A stretch of 56,531 nucleotides of DNA from an uncultured Candidatus Peribacteria bacterium (lineage in GTDB: Bacteria > Patescibacteriota > Gracilibacteria > UBA1369 > UBA12473): the NCBI GenBank assembly GCA_964436935.1, contig CAYTES010000003.1:1-56531 (forward strand), in the 5' to 3' direction. How positions within the stretch are numbered: position 1 is the stretch's first letter; every line of letters begins with the position of its first letter. Position numbers and translations under genes: made by a program. Below are positions 26,940-37,986 of this stretch, piece after piece. Under the pieces are notes generated by a model. That model saw nothing but the letters and a program-made list of their open reading frames with translations. It was not told the DNA's origin and ran no database searches.

Positions 26940-27070
26940 TGACGATTAGCTTTTTAGGCATTCTGGGAATAATTGCGCTCGGAGCCATCCTACTTTTTAT
27001 TTTCGGTTTTCTGCTTCTGGGCTTTTACGAAGAGAAACACACACAAAAGAAATCGAAGGAAAAACCATGA
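26936..27070 (+). CDS. possible 44-aa single-pass membrane peptide (below ORF-track cutoff)
   Basis: An ATGATGA overlap with the serS stop opens MMTISFLGILGIIALGAILLFIFGFLLLGFYEEKHTQKKSKEKP*, a hydrophobic helix followed by a basic tail. Confidence 0.35.
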   Translation: MMTISFLGILGIIALGAILLFIFGFLLLGFYEEKHTQKKSKEKP

Positions 27071-27148
27071 GCGACGGATTGCCATTTTAATAAGAAAAGT
27101 GTAAAATGTATAAGATAAAAACTACAAACTTCCTCTATCTCCTCCCCC

Positions 27149-27892
27149 ATGCTCATCGCCATCTCGACAGAATCATTGAAAGGATACGGACTCAACCGAA
27201 TTTTTGGCTTTGCCAAAGAGGCGGGCTTTGATGGCATCGATTTAGCGATGGATTCGGATGAGCACGACACCTTTGATACAGGTTACATCCGTCAACTCCG
27301 CGACGAAGCCAAATTGCCAATTCTTGCCATTCAAACGCCAAAAACAACCTCCAAAAACAATATCCAGCAAGCCGTAGATATGGCAAAGCAACTCGACACT
27401 AAAATCATTGTCATTCAACCCCCCAAGCTGTTCGACATGAAATTGGCGAAATGGATCAAAGAAGAAGTCCCCAAGATCCGTCAACGCGAAAACATTTCAA
27501 TCGCACTTGAAAATGCCCCATCCGGAACCATGTTGGGGTTTATTCCCGAACACACCATGAACAGCCTCGAAGAACTCAAAAAGTTCAAACACGCTTGTCT
27601 CGATACCTCTCGTGTGGCGCAAAAAAAAGAAGATTTGATTCGAGTCTATACCGCACTCAAAAAATACCTGGTGCATGTGCACCTTTCCAATGTGTATCAT
27701 GGCCACCCCTACTCCCCCCCGGAAATGGGAGTATTACCCATTGAAAGCTTCCTCGCAAAGCTCAAACAAGATGGATTCAAAGGAATCATCTCCATTAAAG
27801 TGAAACCCCAAAACCTTCATGTGGGCAACGAAGAAAAGCTACTCCAAAATCTAAAAAACAGTTTGGCCTATTGTCGTAAATTCCTTGGATAA
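27149..27892 (+). CDS. sugar phosphate isomerase/epimerase (xylose isomerase-like TIM barrel)
   Basis: About 250 aa with GFDGIDL, IVIQPP, ALEN and HVHLSN patterns typical of the AP endonuclease 2 / TIM barrel family. Confidence 0.65.
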   Translation: MLIAISTESLKGYGLNRIFGFAKEAGFDGIDLAMDSDEHDTFDTGYIRQLRDEAKLPILAIQTPKTTSKNNIQQAVDMAKQLDTKIIVIQPPKLFDMKLAKWIKEEVPKIRQRENISIALENAPSGTMLGFIPEHTMNSLEELKKFKHACLDTSRVAQKKEDLIRVYTALKKYLVHVHLSNVYHGHPYSPPEMGVLPIESFLAKLKQDGFKGIISIKVKPQNLHVGNEEKLLQNLKNSLAYCRKFLG

Positions 27893-27987
27893 ATAGTATT
27901 ATAAAATATTTTTACATATTTCGCATTATAAAATGACGCTTTTTGAAGTATTAATTTTGACATAGATCTTTGACGCATTAAAGTGTT

Positions 27988-28058
27988 TTGTGCGCTTTCT
28001 ATAATTACGAATGAGTTGAGGAAGCTTACGGAAAGCGCACAAAAAAGGTCTTCGGACC
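27988..28058 (+). promoter_or_regulatory. structured rpoB leader: 12-bp stem plus UUCG tetraloop hairpin
   Basis: TTGTGCGCTTTC (27988-27999) pairs perfectly with GAAAGCGCACAA (28031-28042), followed by GGTC-TTCG-GACC (28047-28058). A possible promoter is TTGACA (27957)-16-TAAAGT (27979). Confidence 0.5.
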
Positions 28059-28088
28059 GCATTCTTTTACTTCCTCATTCCTTTCTAC

Positions 28089-31000
28089 ATGAGCCCCAAA
28101 GCCTCTGTGAAGACCGAAAAGAAAGCATCAAAAAAAGCAGAGTCAACGCCAATCGAGTCGACTTCTTCCCTCCATCCCGTCATGAGATCCAGGGAATTTC
28201 TTGCCGTTCAAGAAAATTTCGAATTACCCAATTTGATTGAAGTTCAGTTGAATTCCTATAAATGGTTTTTGAATGAAGGAATTCGAGAATTATTGGAAGA
28301 AATCTCCCCCATCACCGACTTTTCGGGAAAAAAATTGGAACTTCACTTTTTGGAACATTCCATTGAAGAGCCCAAATACGATCCCGAAATCGCGCGACAA
28401 AAAAATCTCACCTACGAAGCTCCCCTCAAGGTACACGTTCAGCTCATCAATAAAGAAAGCGGAGAAATCAAAGAACAGGACGTTTTTTTAGGAGGTATTC
28501 CGCTGATGACCAATCAAGGGAGTTTCATCGTGAATGGAATTGAACGGGTGGTGGTGAGTCAAATTGTACGCTCTCCCGGCGTATTCTTTTCAAGAAATCT
28601 TGCCGCTTTGCCTTATTGCAATGCCAAAATCATTCCAAAGCGGGGGGCCTGGCTTGAAATTGAAACGGACAAAAAGGGAATCATTACGGTAAAAATCGAC
28701 CGCAAACGCAAAATCCCCATCACCAGTTTATTGCGTGTTTTTGGATTTGAAAAAGATCAAGATATTTTAAACATCTTCAAGGATGTGGTTAAAGACGAAA
28801 CATTAAACTATATTTTACTGACACTTGAAAAAGACACAGTCAAAACCGTAGATGAAGCCTACAAATCTATCTATCGCAAAATTCGTCCGGGTGATTTAGC
28901 CACACCGGAAAACGCAAAAAACCTTATTGATTCGATGTTCTTTGAATATCGAAAATACGACATGGGTGCTGTCGCTCGCTATAAAATCAACCGTCGCTTT
29001 GGATTGGACACCTCCAACACCCGTGAAAATCATGTCTTTCAGGTGGATGACCTCATTCACATTTTAAAACACCTCATCAAACTCAATAACGGAGAAATGG
29101 AGCCTGATGATATCGACCATTTGAGCAATCGACGCATTCGTCCGGTGGGTGAACTGGTTCAAAATAAATTCAGGGTTGGACTCTTACGAACCGACCGTAT
29201 CGCAAAAGACCGTATGACAGTAATGGAACTCGAAACCATCACTCCCACGCAATTGGTGAACTCCCGTCCGATTACCGCCGCACTGCGAGAATTTTTTGCA
29301 AGTTCCCAATTGTCACAGTTTATGGATCAAACCAATCCGCTCGCGGAATTGGCACACAAAAGACGCTTATCGGCCATGGGGCCCGGTGGTTTATCGCGAG
29401 AACGTGCGTCGTTTGATGTTCGTGACGTGCACTCCTCTCACTACGGCCGTATTTGTCCGATTGCAACCCCGGAAGGTCCCAATATCGGACTTGTGGTGCA
29501 TTTGGCCACCTATGCTCGCCTGAATAAATACGGATTCATTGAAACGCCTTTCCGTGCCGTAAAGCACTACGCAAGACCCCTTAAAAAAGAAATTTTGGGC
29601 CGTATTGTGGAAGAAGACGTTAAGACAAAAAAGGGAGCCGTACTGGCCAAAGCCGGAGAAGTGGTGAACGAAAAAACAGCGGAAAAAATTGAAAGCGAAA
29701 TCAAGGAGAATATTAAAGTAAAAGCGTACGCAAGTGACGAAGTGAGCTACTTTGATGCGGAAGACGAGCGCAATCTAATCATTGCGCAAGCAAACTCCGA
29801 AATGAACGACCGAAGAGAATTCGTATACGATCGCTTGGCCGCCCGCGTGAAAAATGAAGCGGTGATGGGGCACGTCAAAGATGTAACCCATATGGACATC
29901 TCCCCTCAGCAAATTATTTCGGTCACCACCTCATTGATTCCTTTCCTTGAGCATGATGACAACACCCGCGCTTCGATGGGATCTAACATGCAACGACAAG
30001 CCGTGCCATTGCTAACTCCCAACTGTCCCATGGTGGGAACCGGAATGGAAAAAGTGGCTGCAGCCAGTTCGGGGCAAGTCTTTTTGGCGGAAGGAGACGG
30101 TGTGGTTTCTTCAGTGGATGCCGACCAAATCACCATCATGTATGACAACGGAAATAAAAAAGTCTACAGCCTCACCACCTATTACCGTTCCAACCAAGCC
30201 ACCTGTTATCATCAACGAGCGAAGGCGGTAAAAGGACAAAGAGTCAAAAAGGGCGATCTGTTAGCGGATGGTGCCTCAACCGACGAAGGCGAATTGGCCT
30301 TGGGACAAAATGTCCTTGTGGCTTACATGAGCTGGGGAGGTTATAACTTTGAAGATGCGGTTATTATTTCGGAACGAATGATCCGCAAAGATAAATTCAG
30401 CTCGGTACATATCGAAACCTTCATTGTGGATGTTCGCGATACCAAGCTAGGCCCCGAGATTGTGACTCAAGATATTCCCAATGTGGGAGAAGCGAGACTC
30501 AAAGATTTGGACGAACTGGGTATTGTACGAATCGGAGCAACGGTTCGAGAAGGAGATATCCTTGTTGGTAAAATCACACCCAAAGGAGAAACCGAACTCA
30601 CTCCGGAAGAAAGACTTCTGAGAGCTATTTTCGGGGACAAGGCTCGCGACGTGAAAGACACTTCACTCCGACTCCCCGGTGGAGAAGGAGGTAAAGTGGT
30701 AAAAATGGAGATCTTCAATCGGGACAACGGAGACGAATTATCGACCGGAGTCATACAACAAATCCGTGTCAGTGTGGCACAAACGCGAAAAATTGAAGTG
30801 GGAGATAAAGTCGCTGGACGACACGGAAATAAGGGAGTCGTTTCCATCATCGTTCCGGCCGAAGATATGCCCTATCTTCCCGATGGAACCCCGGTAGACA
30901 TGGTCTTAAATCCCCTGGGTGTGACCAGTCGTATGAATATCGGACAAATCTTGGAAACCCATCTGGGTTGGGCGTGCAAAGAACTCAATATAAAAGTGGC

Positions 31001-31709
31001 CACTCCAGCATTAAATGGAGCCACCACTGAAAAAATCGAAGAAAAACTTCTAGCAGCAGGATTGCCGAAAGATGGAAAAGTCCAACTCTACGATGGATGC
31101 AATGGAGAACCGTTTGACCATAAAACAACGGTGGGAGTGGCTTACATGATGAAGCTCAATCACCTTGTTGAAGATAAAATCCACGCTCGCTCCGTAGGAC
31201 CCTACTCTCTTGTCACGCAACAACCTTTGGGAGGAAAGGCCCAACATGGAGGTCAGCGTTTCGGTGAAATGGAAGTATGGGCCTTGGAAGCCTATGGTGC
31301 CGCACATACACTGCAAGAAATGTTGACCATCAAATCGGATGATGTGTACGGAAGAGCCAAAGCATACGAGTCCATCGTAAAAGGAGAACCGATTCGAAAA
31401 CCTCGAACACCGGAATCCTTCAACGTGTTGATCAAAGAATTGGAAAGTCTATGTCTCAATGTGGATCTTATTGAAACCGATAAGCCCATTATTGAAGAAG
31501 ACGAATACATTGAAGCGATAGCGGAAGAAGAAGAGCTTGGCTTGATCACTGCGGAAAATGAAAATTTATCCGGAGAAACGGAAGTATTCGATAAATTCGA
31601 AGCGGAAAAAGAAGGAATTCAAGAATTGGATGAGTTGGACTTGGATAGTGAAAAATTAGAGGAAGAGCCACCGGAAGATTTCTTAGAAATAGAAGAAGAG
31701 CAGGCTTAA
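28089..31709 (+). CDS. rpoB: DNA-directed RNA polymerase subunit beta
   Basis: Full-length beta subunit motifs (RRLSAMGPGGLSRERA, GRHGNKGV, NPLGVTSRMNIGQ). It has a ~30 aa basic N-terminal extension and a ~100 aa acidic C-terminal tail. Confidence 0.97.
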   Translation: MSPKASVKTEKKASKKAESTPIESTSSLHPVMRSREFLAVQENFELPNLIEVQLNSYKWFLNEGIRELLEEISPITDFSGKKLELHFLEHSIEEPKYDPEIARQKNLTYEAPLKVHVQLINKESGEIKEQDVFLGGIPLMTNQGSFIVNGIERVVVSQIVRSPGVFFSRNLAALPYCNAKIIPKRGAWLEIETDKKGIITVKIDRKRKIPITSLLRVFGFEKDQDILNIFKDVVKDETLNYILLTLEKDTVKTVDEAYKSIYRKIRPGDLATPENAKNLIDSMFFEYRKYDMGAVARYKINRRFGLDTSNTRENHVFQVDDLIHILKHLIKLNNGEMEPDDIDHLSNRRIRPVGELVQNKFRVGLLRTDRIAKDRMTVMELETITPTQLVNSRPITAALREFFASSQLSQFMDQTNPLAELAHKRRLSAMGPGGLSRERASFDVRDVHSSHYGRICPIATPEGPNIGLVVHLATYARLNKYGFIETPFRAVKHYARPLKKEILGRIVEEDVKTKKGAVLAKAGEVVNEKTAEKIESEIKENIKVKAYASDEVSYFDAEDERNLIIAQANSEMNDRREFVYDRLAARVKNEAVMGHVKDVTHMDISPQQIISVTTSLIPFLEHDDNTRASMGSNMQRQAVPLLTPNCPMVGTGMEKVAAASSGQVFLAEGDGVVSSVDADQITIMYDNGNKKVYSLTTYYRSNQATCYHQRAKAVKGQRVKKGDLLADGASTDEGELALGQNVLVAYMSWGGYNFEDAVIISERMIRKDKFSSVHIETFIVDVRDTKLGPEIVTQDIPNVGEARLKDLDELGIVRIGATVREGDILVGKITPKGETELTPEERLLRAIFGDKARDVKDTSLRLPGGEGGKVVKMEIFNRDNGDELSTGVIQQIRVSVAQTRKIEVGDKVAGRHGNKGVVSIIVPAEDMPYLPDGTPVDMVLNPLGVTSRMNIGQILETHLGWACKELNIKVATPALNGATTEKIEEKLLAAGLPKDGKVQLYDGCNGEPFDHKTTVGVAYMMKLNHLVEDKIHARSVGPYSLVTQQPLGGKAQHGGQRFGEMEVWALEAYGAAHTLQEMLTIKSDDVYGRAKAYESIVKGEPIRKPRTPESFNVLIKELESLCLNVDLIETDKPIIEEDEYIEAIAEEEELGLITAENENLSGETEVFDKFEAEKEGIQELDELDLDSEKLEEEPPEDFLEIEEEQA

Positions 31710-31763
31710 GCCTTTGTATAAAACCCAATTTATACTCATTTATATATTCTAAACCCATTCATA

Positions 31764-32276
31764 ATGCGCAGTGTAAATAAAGTTATTTTACTGGGAAATG
31801 TAACACGCGATCCACAAGTACGTAGCACTCAAAGCGGCCAAATGGTTTGCACCTTCGGAATCGCCACAAATCGAGAATGGATCACGTCGGACGGACGACA
31901 ACAGGGTTCCGCCGAATACACGGAAGTGGTGGCATGGGCTAAATTGGCCGATATCTGCAAAAAATACATCCGAAAAGGAAAATTGGTGTACGTGGAAGGA
32001 TACCTAAAAACTCGAAGCTGGGACACGCCAGAAGGCATTCGTCGCTTCAAAACGGAAGTGGTCATTCAGGATATGATCATGGTGGGGCCCCGAGAAGATC
32101 GAGGTGACGAAGGATTTGAAGAAGCCGTAAGGGAGGCTCAAATGGACGAACCCATTTATGACGATATGGACAGCCCTTTACCCTCGGAAATGGACCAGGA
32201 AATGAGTGCTCCAAAAGAAGCCGCTTCTCCTGCTCCATCCTCCTCGAATCTTATTGATAAAGATTTGGGCCTTTAA
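31764..32276 (+). CDS. ssb: single-stranded DNA-binding protein
   Basis: OB fold [17 protein letters not shown]...FGIATNREW...[31 protein letters not shown]. The linker is acidic and the C-terminus is ...NLIDKDLGL. Confidence 0.85.
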   Translation: MRSVNKVILLGNVTRDPQVRSTQSGQMVCTFGIATNREWITSDGRQQGSAEYTEVVAWAKLADICKKYIRKGKLVYVEGYLKTRSWDTPEGIRRFKTEVVIQDMIMVGPREDRGDEGFEEAVREAQMDEPIYDDMDSPLPSEMDQEMSAPKEAASPAPSSSNLIDKDLGL

Positions 32277-32305
32277 TCACTCGATCATTAACCCCTATTT
32301 CTACT

Positions 32306-35300
32306 ATGTCTAGCGACAAACTGCCGATCGATTTTAATGGCATTGCCATTTCGGTCGCATCTCCGGAAGAAATTTTATCCTGGTCTCACGGCGAAGTAAA
32401 AAAGCCGGAAACGATCAATTACAGAACTCAAAAACCGGAACGGGATGGTTTATTTTGTGAAAAAATATTTGGTCCGACAAAAAACTGGGAATGTTATTGC
32501 GGAAAATACAAACGAATCCGTTATAAAGGAGTTATTTGTGAAAAATGTGGAGTGGAAGTCACTCGATCTATTGTACGACGAGAAAGAATGGGGCATATCA
32601 AATTGGCCGTACCGGTGACTCATATCTGGTTCCTTCGCTCCACCCCGAGTCGAATTGGTCTCTTGCTGGATCTTCCGGTAAAAACCTTGGAGCAGGTGGT
32701 ATACTTTGCGGCTTACGTCGTAACGGAAGTGAATGACAAAGCAAAGGAAGAAACCTTTGAACAGTTGAAAGAAGAATTTCAATCCTACAAGCAAAAAATC
32801 CAAAAAGAATTCAAGGAAAAATTCAGCGGAGTTAAGGATGAAAAAGAACGTCAAAAAATAGAAAAAGAAATGGCGGGAAGTGTGGAGGATCTCACCGAAC
32901 AGCACAATGTGGCAAAAGACGAACTCAATTCCATAAAAATCGGGCAAGTTTTCAGTGAATTGAATTACCGAGAAATGTCAATGAAGTTCGGACATGTGTT
33001 CAAGGCTGGAACCGGAGCGGAATCGTTACGTGATGTCATCAAAAACCTCGATCTCGCCAAACTGAAAGAAGAAATCGAAGTCACACTGAAAAAAAGCAGC
33101 GGCCAAAAGCATAAAAAAATCATCAAACGCTTGAAACTCATCGGAAGTTTCATGAAAGCCAAGATCAAGCCGGAATGGATGGTTTTAACGGTATTGCCCG
33201 TTATTCCACCCGACTTGCGCCCGATGGTTCAATTGGACGGAGGTCGTTTTGCCGCTTCGGATCTCAACGATCTGTACCGTCGCGTCATCAATCGAAACAA
33301 CCGATTGAAAAGATTGATGTCGATCGGAGCCCCTGAAGTGATCTGCCGCAATGAAAAACGTATGCTTCAAGAAGCGGTGGATGCACTTTTGAACAACAGT
33401 GCCCGTCAAAGTCGCGCTGTTTTCAATTCGGGAGATAAGCGAAAGCTCCGCTCTCTTTCCGATATGTTGAAAGGAAAACAGGGACGCTTCCGTCAAAACT
33501 TACTTGGAAAACGTGTGGACTACTCCGGTCGTTCCGTGATTGTGGTGGGACCAAAACTCCGGCTGCATCAATGCGGACTGCCAAAGACCATGGCGCTTGA
33601 GCTGTTCAAGCCCTTCGTTATTGGTCGTTTGATTGCCGAAGGCTACGCGCACAACATCAAAAATGCCGAACGATTGATCACGGGAAACAAACGAGAAGTA
33701 TGGGATATCCTTGAAGAAATCACCAAAGATCACTACGTGCTCTTGAACCGTGCGCCTACCCTTCACCGTTTGGGAATACAATCATTTCAGCCGGTATTGG
33801 TCGAGGGTAAAGCCATCATGGTTCATCCCCTGGTATGTGCCGCCTTCAATGCGGACTTCGATGGAGATCAAATGGCCGTTCACGTTCCGCTTTCTAAAAA
33901 GGCTCAAGAAGAAGCGCAAGGCCTCATGCTTTCCGCCAATAACCTTCTCAAACCTTCCGCAGGAGAACCTATTGTGAGTCCTACGCAGGACATGGTGCTG
34001 GGATGTTACTTCCTAACCCAAGTCCATGCCGGAAAAACGGGCGAAGGAATGGTTTTTTCCGACGAAAAAGAAGCTTTAACGGCGCACGAACTGGGCTATG
34101 TGCAGTTGCAAGCGATCATCAAAGTACGGGTCAATGGAGAAATCATTGAAACCTCGGTTGGGCGTTTGATCTTTAATGAAATCCTGCCGGAAGGACTCCC
34201 CTACATCAATAAAGCGGTCACCAAAAAAGTTCTCCTGGAGATCATTGAAGATTCCTACAATGCCCTCGGAACCGAAGTCACGGCCTACGCGTGCGATGCC
34301 ATCAAAAAAGTAGGATTTGAGTACGCCACCAAATCGGGAATCTCGATTGCGGCAGCAGACATGGTCATCCCCAAAGAAAAGGGGAAAATAATTGAAATTG
34401 CTTCCGAAGTGGTGAAAACGATCAACAATCAATATTGGAAAGGATTGGTCACCGAACGGGAACGATACCATCAAACCATTAAAATATGGGCGGGTGCCAA
34501 ATCGGAAATTGCCAGTTATCTGGTCAACAGTTTCTCGGAAGAAAATGATATTCTTTACTCTGTTGCCTCCGGAGCCCGTGGTAACTGGGGACAAATCACT
34601 CAGCTTTGCGGAATGAAAGGACTCGTCGCCAATCCCGCAGGAGAAACGATCGAATTGCCGATCAAATCCAACTTCAAAGAAGGATTTAGTATTCTTGAAT
34701 ACTTTATTGCAACCCATGGAGGCCGAAAAGGAAAATCGGATACCGCGCTCAAAACCGCGGAAGCCGGATACCTCACTCGCCGTTTGGTGGATGCCGTACA
34801 AGATTTGGTCATCAAGGAAAAAGATTGTGGATCCGAAGAAGAACTTTTTGTGAGCCGAGAACAAAGTGAACGCATCGGAGAAGAGTTCGGTCGACGCATT
34901 TACGGTCGTGTATTGGCACGAGATTTGATTGATTCAAGCAAAAAAGTAGTGGCCAAACGAAATACGGAAATCGAAAAAGCACTCATCCGAAAAATTGAGG
35001 AACTTAAAATCAACGAAGTGTATGTTCGTGGCGTAATGAGCTGCCGAACAAGAAACGGAATTTGTCAGATGTGTTACGGCAGAGATCTGGGAACCAACAA
35101 ACCCGTAGAACCGGGTACGGCGGTTGGAATTATTGCGGCCCAAAGTATCGGTGAACCGGGAACGCAGTTGACCATGAGAACCTTCCACATGGGAGGTGTG
35201 GCGGAAGGAAGCGACATCACTCAGGGTTTAACGCGCGTGGAAGAATTAGTGGAAGCTCGCCCCCCAAAAGCTCCCGCCATTCTGGTGAAACACAAAGGGC

Positions 35301-36121
35301 ATGCCAAAGTGGTCCGCAAAGGTAAGTTCACTGAAATCTCAATCATTAGCGATGAAGCCGTTGAAAAAGCTTACATGCTTCCGGAGGGAGCAACCGTCAA
35401 CTTTAAAGTGAAAGCTTCGTTCAAGGCAAAAGATGTATTAGCAGAAAATCCTCAAAATAAAATGACCGTCAAGGCCGAAGAAAATGGCGTCATTGTTAAG
35501 ATTGAAAAGGATAAAATCATCATTGTCAGCGATGAAGCCGTAGAGGAATTATACAAAATTCCGGCCGAACGCTCGGTCATGGTTAAAAATGATGAATTGG
35601 TTTACCCGGGACAGGGACTCAGTAGCGGCCACAAAAATTTGCGTGAATTGATGGTCTTGGTCGGAATCAACGAAACCCAACGTTACATTCTGGATGAAGT
35701 TCAAGGAATCTATGCGTCACAGGGACAAAAAATCAATGATAAACACATTGAAATTATTGTACGGCAGATGTTCTCAAAAGTACGCATTCAGGATACCAAC
35801 GATACGGAATTCCTACCGGGCGAACTGGTGGACTTGATTGTGTTCTCGGAAGCCAATGAAAAAGCGAAAAAAGCAGGTGGTAAAGAAGCCACAGGAGAGC
35901 GTTTACTGCTCGGACTGACTCGGCTCTCTCTAACCACCGATAGCTGGCTTTCCGCCGCATCGTTCCAAGAAACCATCCGTGTTCTCGTGGAAGCGGCAAC
36001 CACCAAGAAAATCGATTACCTGGAAGGATTGAAGGAAAATGTCATCATCGGAAAACTAATTCCGGCAGGTGCCACCTACCGTCGTATGCACCATATTCAG
36101 GAAGTGAATGCCGAAAACTAG
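32306..36121 (+). CDS. rpoC: DNA-directed RNA polymerase subunit beta'
   Basis: Zinc motif [23 protein letters not shown], catalytic [12 protein letters not shown], and the trigger loop region. Confidence 0.97.
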   Translation: MSSDKLPIDFNGIAISVASPEEILSWSHGEVKKPETINYRTQKPERDGLFCEKIFGPTKNWECYCGKYKRIRYKGVICEKCGVEVTRSIVRRERMGHIKLAVPVTHIWFLRSTPSRIGLLLDLPVKTLEQVVYFAAYVVTEVNDKAKEETFEQLKEEFQSYKQKIQKEFKEKFSGVKDEKERQKIEKEMAGSVEDLTEQHNVAKDELNSIKIGQVFSELNYREMSMKFGHVFKAGTGAESLRDVIKNLDLAKLKEEIEVTLKKSSGQKHKKIIKRLKLIGSFMKAKIKPEWMVLTVLPVIPPDLRPMVQLDGGRFAASDLNDLYRRVINRNNRLKRLMSIGAPEVICRNEKRMLQEAVDALLNNSARQSRAVFNSGDKRKLRSLSDMLKGKQGRFRQNLLGKRVDYSGRSVIVVGPKLRLHQCGLPKTMALELFKPFVIGRLIAEGYAHNIKNAERLITGNKREVWDILEEITKDHYVLLNRAPTLHRLGIQSFQPVLVEGKAIMVHPLVCAAFNADFDGDQMAVHVPLSKKAQEEAQGLMLSANNLLKPSAGEPIVSPTQDMVLGCYFLTQVHAGKTGEGMVFSDEKEALTAHELGYVQLQAIIKVRVNGEIIETSVGRLIFNEILPEGLPYINKAVTKKVLLEIIEDSYNALGTEVTAYACDAIKKVGFEYATKSGISIAAADMVIPKEKGKIIEIASEVVKTINNQYWKGLVTERERYHQTIKIWAGAKSEIASYLVNSFSEENDILYSVASGARGNWGQITQLCGMKGLVANPAGETIELPIKSNFKEGFSILEYFIATHGGRKGKSDTALKTAEAGYLTRRLVDAVQDLVIKEKDCGSEEELFVSREQSERIGEEFGRRIYGRVLARDLIDSSKKVVAKRNTEIEKALIRKIEELKINEVYVRGVMSCRTRNGICQMCYGRDLGTNKPVEPGTAVGIIAAQSIGEPGTQLTMRTFHMGGVAEGSDITQGLTRVEELVEARPPKAPAILVKHKGHAKVVRKGKFTEISIISDEAVEKAYMLPEGATVNFKVKASFKAKDVLAENPQNKMTVKAEENGVIVKIEKDKIIIVSDEAVEELYKIPAERSVMVKNDELVYPGQGLSSGHKNLRELMVLVGINETQRYILDEVQGIYASQGQKINDKHIEIIVRQMFSKVRIQDTNDTEFLPGELVDLIVFSEANEKAKKAGGKEATGERLLLGLTRLSLTTDSWLSAASFQETIRVLVEAATTKKIDYLEGLKENVIIGKLIPAGATYRRMHHIQEVNAEN

Positions 36122-36141
36122 ACCGTATAATGAAAAAAACC

Positions 36142-36170
36142 TTGCATCTCATCTAAAAATCGATTAAATT
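36142..36170 (+). promoter_or_regulatory. candidate sigma-70 promoter for rpsL-rpsG
   Basis: TTGCAT-17 nt-TAAATT, 25 nt upstream of the rpsL ATG. Confidence 0.4.
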
Positions 36171-36194
36171 CCATCCACAACTAATTGAATATTC

Positions 36195-36611
36195 ATGCCA
36201 ACCATTAACCAACTCGTCCGAAAAAGTCGCCAAACTCCGAAGCGAAAAAGTAAATCGCCTGCACTTCAGAGAATATTCAACACTTTAAAAAATCGTTCTC
36301 TTTCATTGGGATGTCCTCAAAAAAGAGGAGTTTGTGTGAAAGTCACCACCATGACCCCTAAAAAACCGAACTCTGCGCTCCGTAAAATTGCCCGTGTTCG
36401 CCTCACCAATGGAATGGAAGTGAATGCGTACATTCCCGGTGAAGGTCACAACTTACAGGAACACTCGGTGGTATTGATCCGTGGAGGAAGAGTAAAAGAT
36501 CTTCCTGGTGTCCGCTACCATATTGTTCGGGGCACACTCGATACGCAAGGGGTGGCCAATCGCAAACAGGGAAGATCGCTTTATGGAGCTAAAACACCGA
36601 AAGCTAAATAA
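36195..36611 (+). CDS. rpsL: 30S ribosomal protein S12
   Basis: [10 protein letters not shown]...[10 protein letters not shown]... Confidence 0.97.
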   Translation: MPTINQLVRKSRQTPKRKSKSPALQRIFNTLKNRSLSLGCPQKRGVCVKVTTMTPKKPNSALRKIARVRLTNGMEVNAYIPGEGHNLQEHSVVLIRGGRVKDLPGVRYHIVRGTLDTQGVANRKQGRSLYGAKTPKAK

Positions 36612-36638
36612 TTTCTTTACGTCATAAATCTTACTCGC

Positions 36639-37094
36639 ATGAACCGACGCACCGCCACTCACGTACCGGAGGGATCCACTCCCCTTCAAGAAAAATTCGT
36701 AAACTACATCATGCAGCAGGGCAAAAAAAGTATTGCTCGTCGTATTTTCAAAGACACCATGATGGAGATCCAAAAGAAGGGGCATGCCAATCCTGAACTT
36801 CTTTTTGAAAAAGCCATTGAAAATGTGCAACCCACCATGGAGGTTCGGCCGAAACGAATTGGGGGAGCGGTCTATCAAATCCCAATGGAAGTAAAAACCA
36901 ATCGACGCATCATGCTTTCCTTTCGCTGGATTTTAGGTGCGGCACGCAAGGGGAAAGGAGCACCAATGTCAGTTAAATTAGCACGGGAACTCATGGAAGG
37001 AGCCGAAGGCACGGGCTACGCCATGAAGAAAAAAGAGGATACCCACAAGATGGCCGAATCCAACAAAGCATTCGCTCACTACGCACGATACTAA
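36639..37094 (+). CDS. rpsG: 30S ribosomal protein S7
   Basis: KFVNYIMQQGKKSIARRIF...VEVRPKRIGGAVYQIPMEV. Confidence 0.95.
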   Translation: MNRRTATHVPEGSTPLQEKFVNYIMQQGKKSIARRIFKDTMMEIQKKGHANPELLFEKAIENVQPTMEVRPKRIGGAVYQIPMEVKTNRRIMLSFRWILGAARKGKGAPMSVKLARELMEGAEGTGYAMKKKEDTHKMAESNKAFAHYARY

Positions 37095-37123
37095 AAAGTA
37101 TTGGAATCACAACTTGCACTACC

Positions 37124-37152
37124 AAAAGCCCACTCGAAAAAGTGGGTTTTTT
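37124..37152 (+). terminator. rho-independent terminator after rpsG
   Basis: AAAAGCCCACT-CGAAAA-AGTGGGTTTTTT. Confidence 0.75.
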
Positions 37153-37283
37153 CTAAAAAATGGTGATCCAATCGGAATTCAAATTTTAAACGGCCTATTA
37201 GGAGCTATTTTCTATGGCTTCCCTGTTAGCCAACAGCTCCCCCAAGACATTTCCCTAAATAAAAACACAATTTACAGATAATC

Positions 37284-37307
37284 AGAGGGCATTCCACCCT
37301 CTTTTTC
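37284..37307 (+). terminator. second, orphan intrinsic terminator
   Basis: AGAGGG-CATTCCA-CCCTCT followed by TTTTT. No annotated ORF lies between it and the previous terminator. Confidence 0.6.
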
Positions 37308-37387
37308 TTTGTATTGCAAGAAACATCGGTTAAAATGGATTAAATTCAAAAAAATCTTTTAGTATTTCCGATTTAACCTTCCTCTTC

Positions 37388-37915
37388 ATGTCCAAATCCA
37401 AAAATAGATTAATCCTATTAGCCTTCATCGTCGGCCTTATAAGCTTATCCTTTTTAGGATGCCTAAAAAGCGGAAAACTTTCGGAAGTGGAATACAACAA
37501 CGCCATCGTTGAAAAGCTCAATCTAACTTCGGGCGCCATTGAAGAAACCACAACAACCTACGATAATAGTATTCCCAATATTGTGACGGAAGATTCAGAG
37601 ATTGATGCCACCTCGTTACAAACAACAAGTCAATCCGCGGCAGAAAAAATTGCGTTATCGGAGGAGGTGCTTACCCTAAAAAGCAAAAATAGCGACCAAG
37701 AGGAAGCCGTAAAAAGTGAATTTCAAAACTATCTTGCGTTAGCCGAAGAATACTTGAAAGCCTATGATGAGATGCTAACCTATTACTCGGCCAACACTTT
37801 CAAAGAAAATCTGGATGATGTAGCGACCTACGACGAAAAACTTCACATCCAATACAACAAATTCATTGAATCCAACAATAAACTGGTGGATATTTTGGCC
37901 GATTACGTCGAGTAA
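37388..37915 (+). CDS. putative lipoprotein, unknown function
   Basis: Signal peptide with the lipobox-like LSFLGC. The mature part is helical and acidic. Confidence 0.6.
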   Translation: MSKSKNRLILLAFIVGLISLSFLGCLKSGKLSEVEYNNAIVEKLNLTSGAIEETTTTYDNSIPNIVTEDSEIDATSLQTTSQSAAEKIALSEEVLTLKSKNSDQEEAVKSEFQNYLALAEEYLKAYDEMLTYYSANTFKENLDDVATYDEKLHIQYNKFIESNNKLVDILADYVE

Positions 37916-37956
37916 AAGGGGTTAAATTTTCCAATGACAATAGGTCAAAAATGAAA

Positions 37957-37986
37957 AACAGGGTTCAGGCACCTGTTCCATTTTTT
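37957..37986 (+). terminator. rho-independent terminator after lipoprotein gene
   Basis: AACAGG-GTTCAGGCA-CCTGTT, then CCATTTTTT. Confidence 0.6.
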
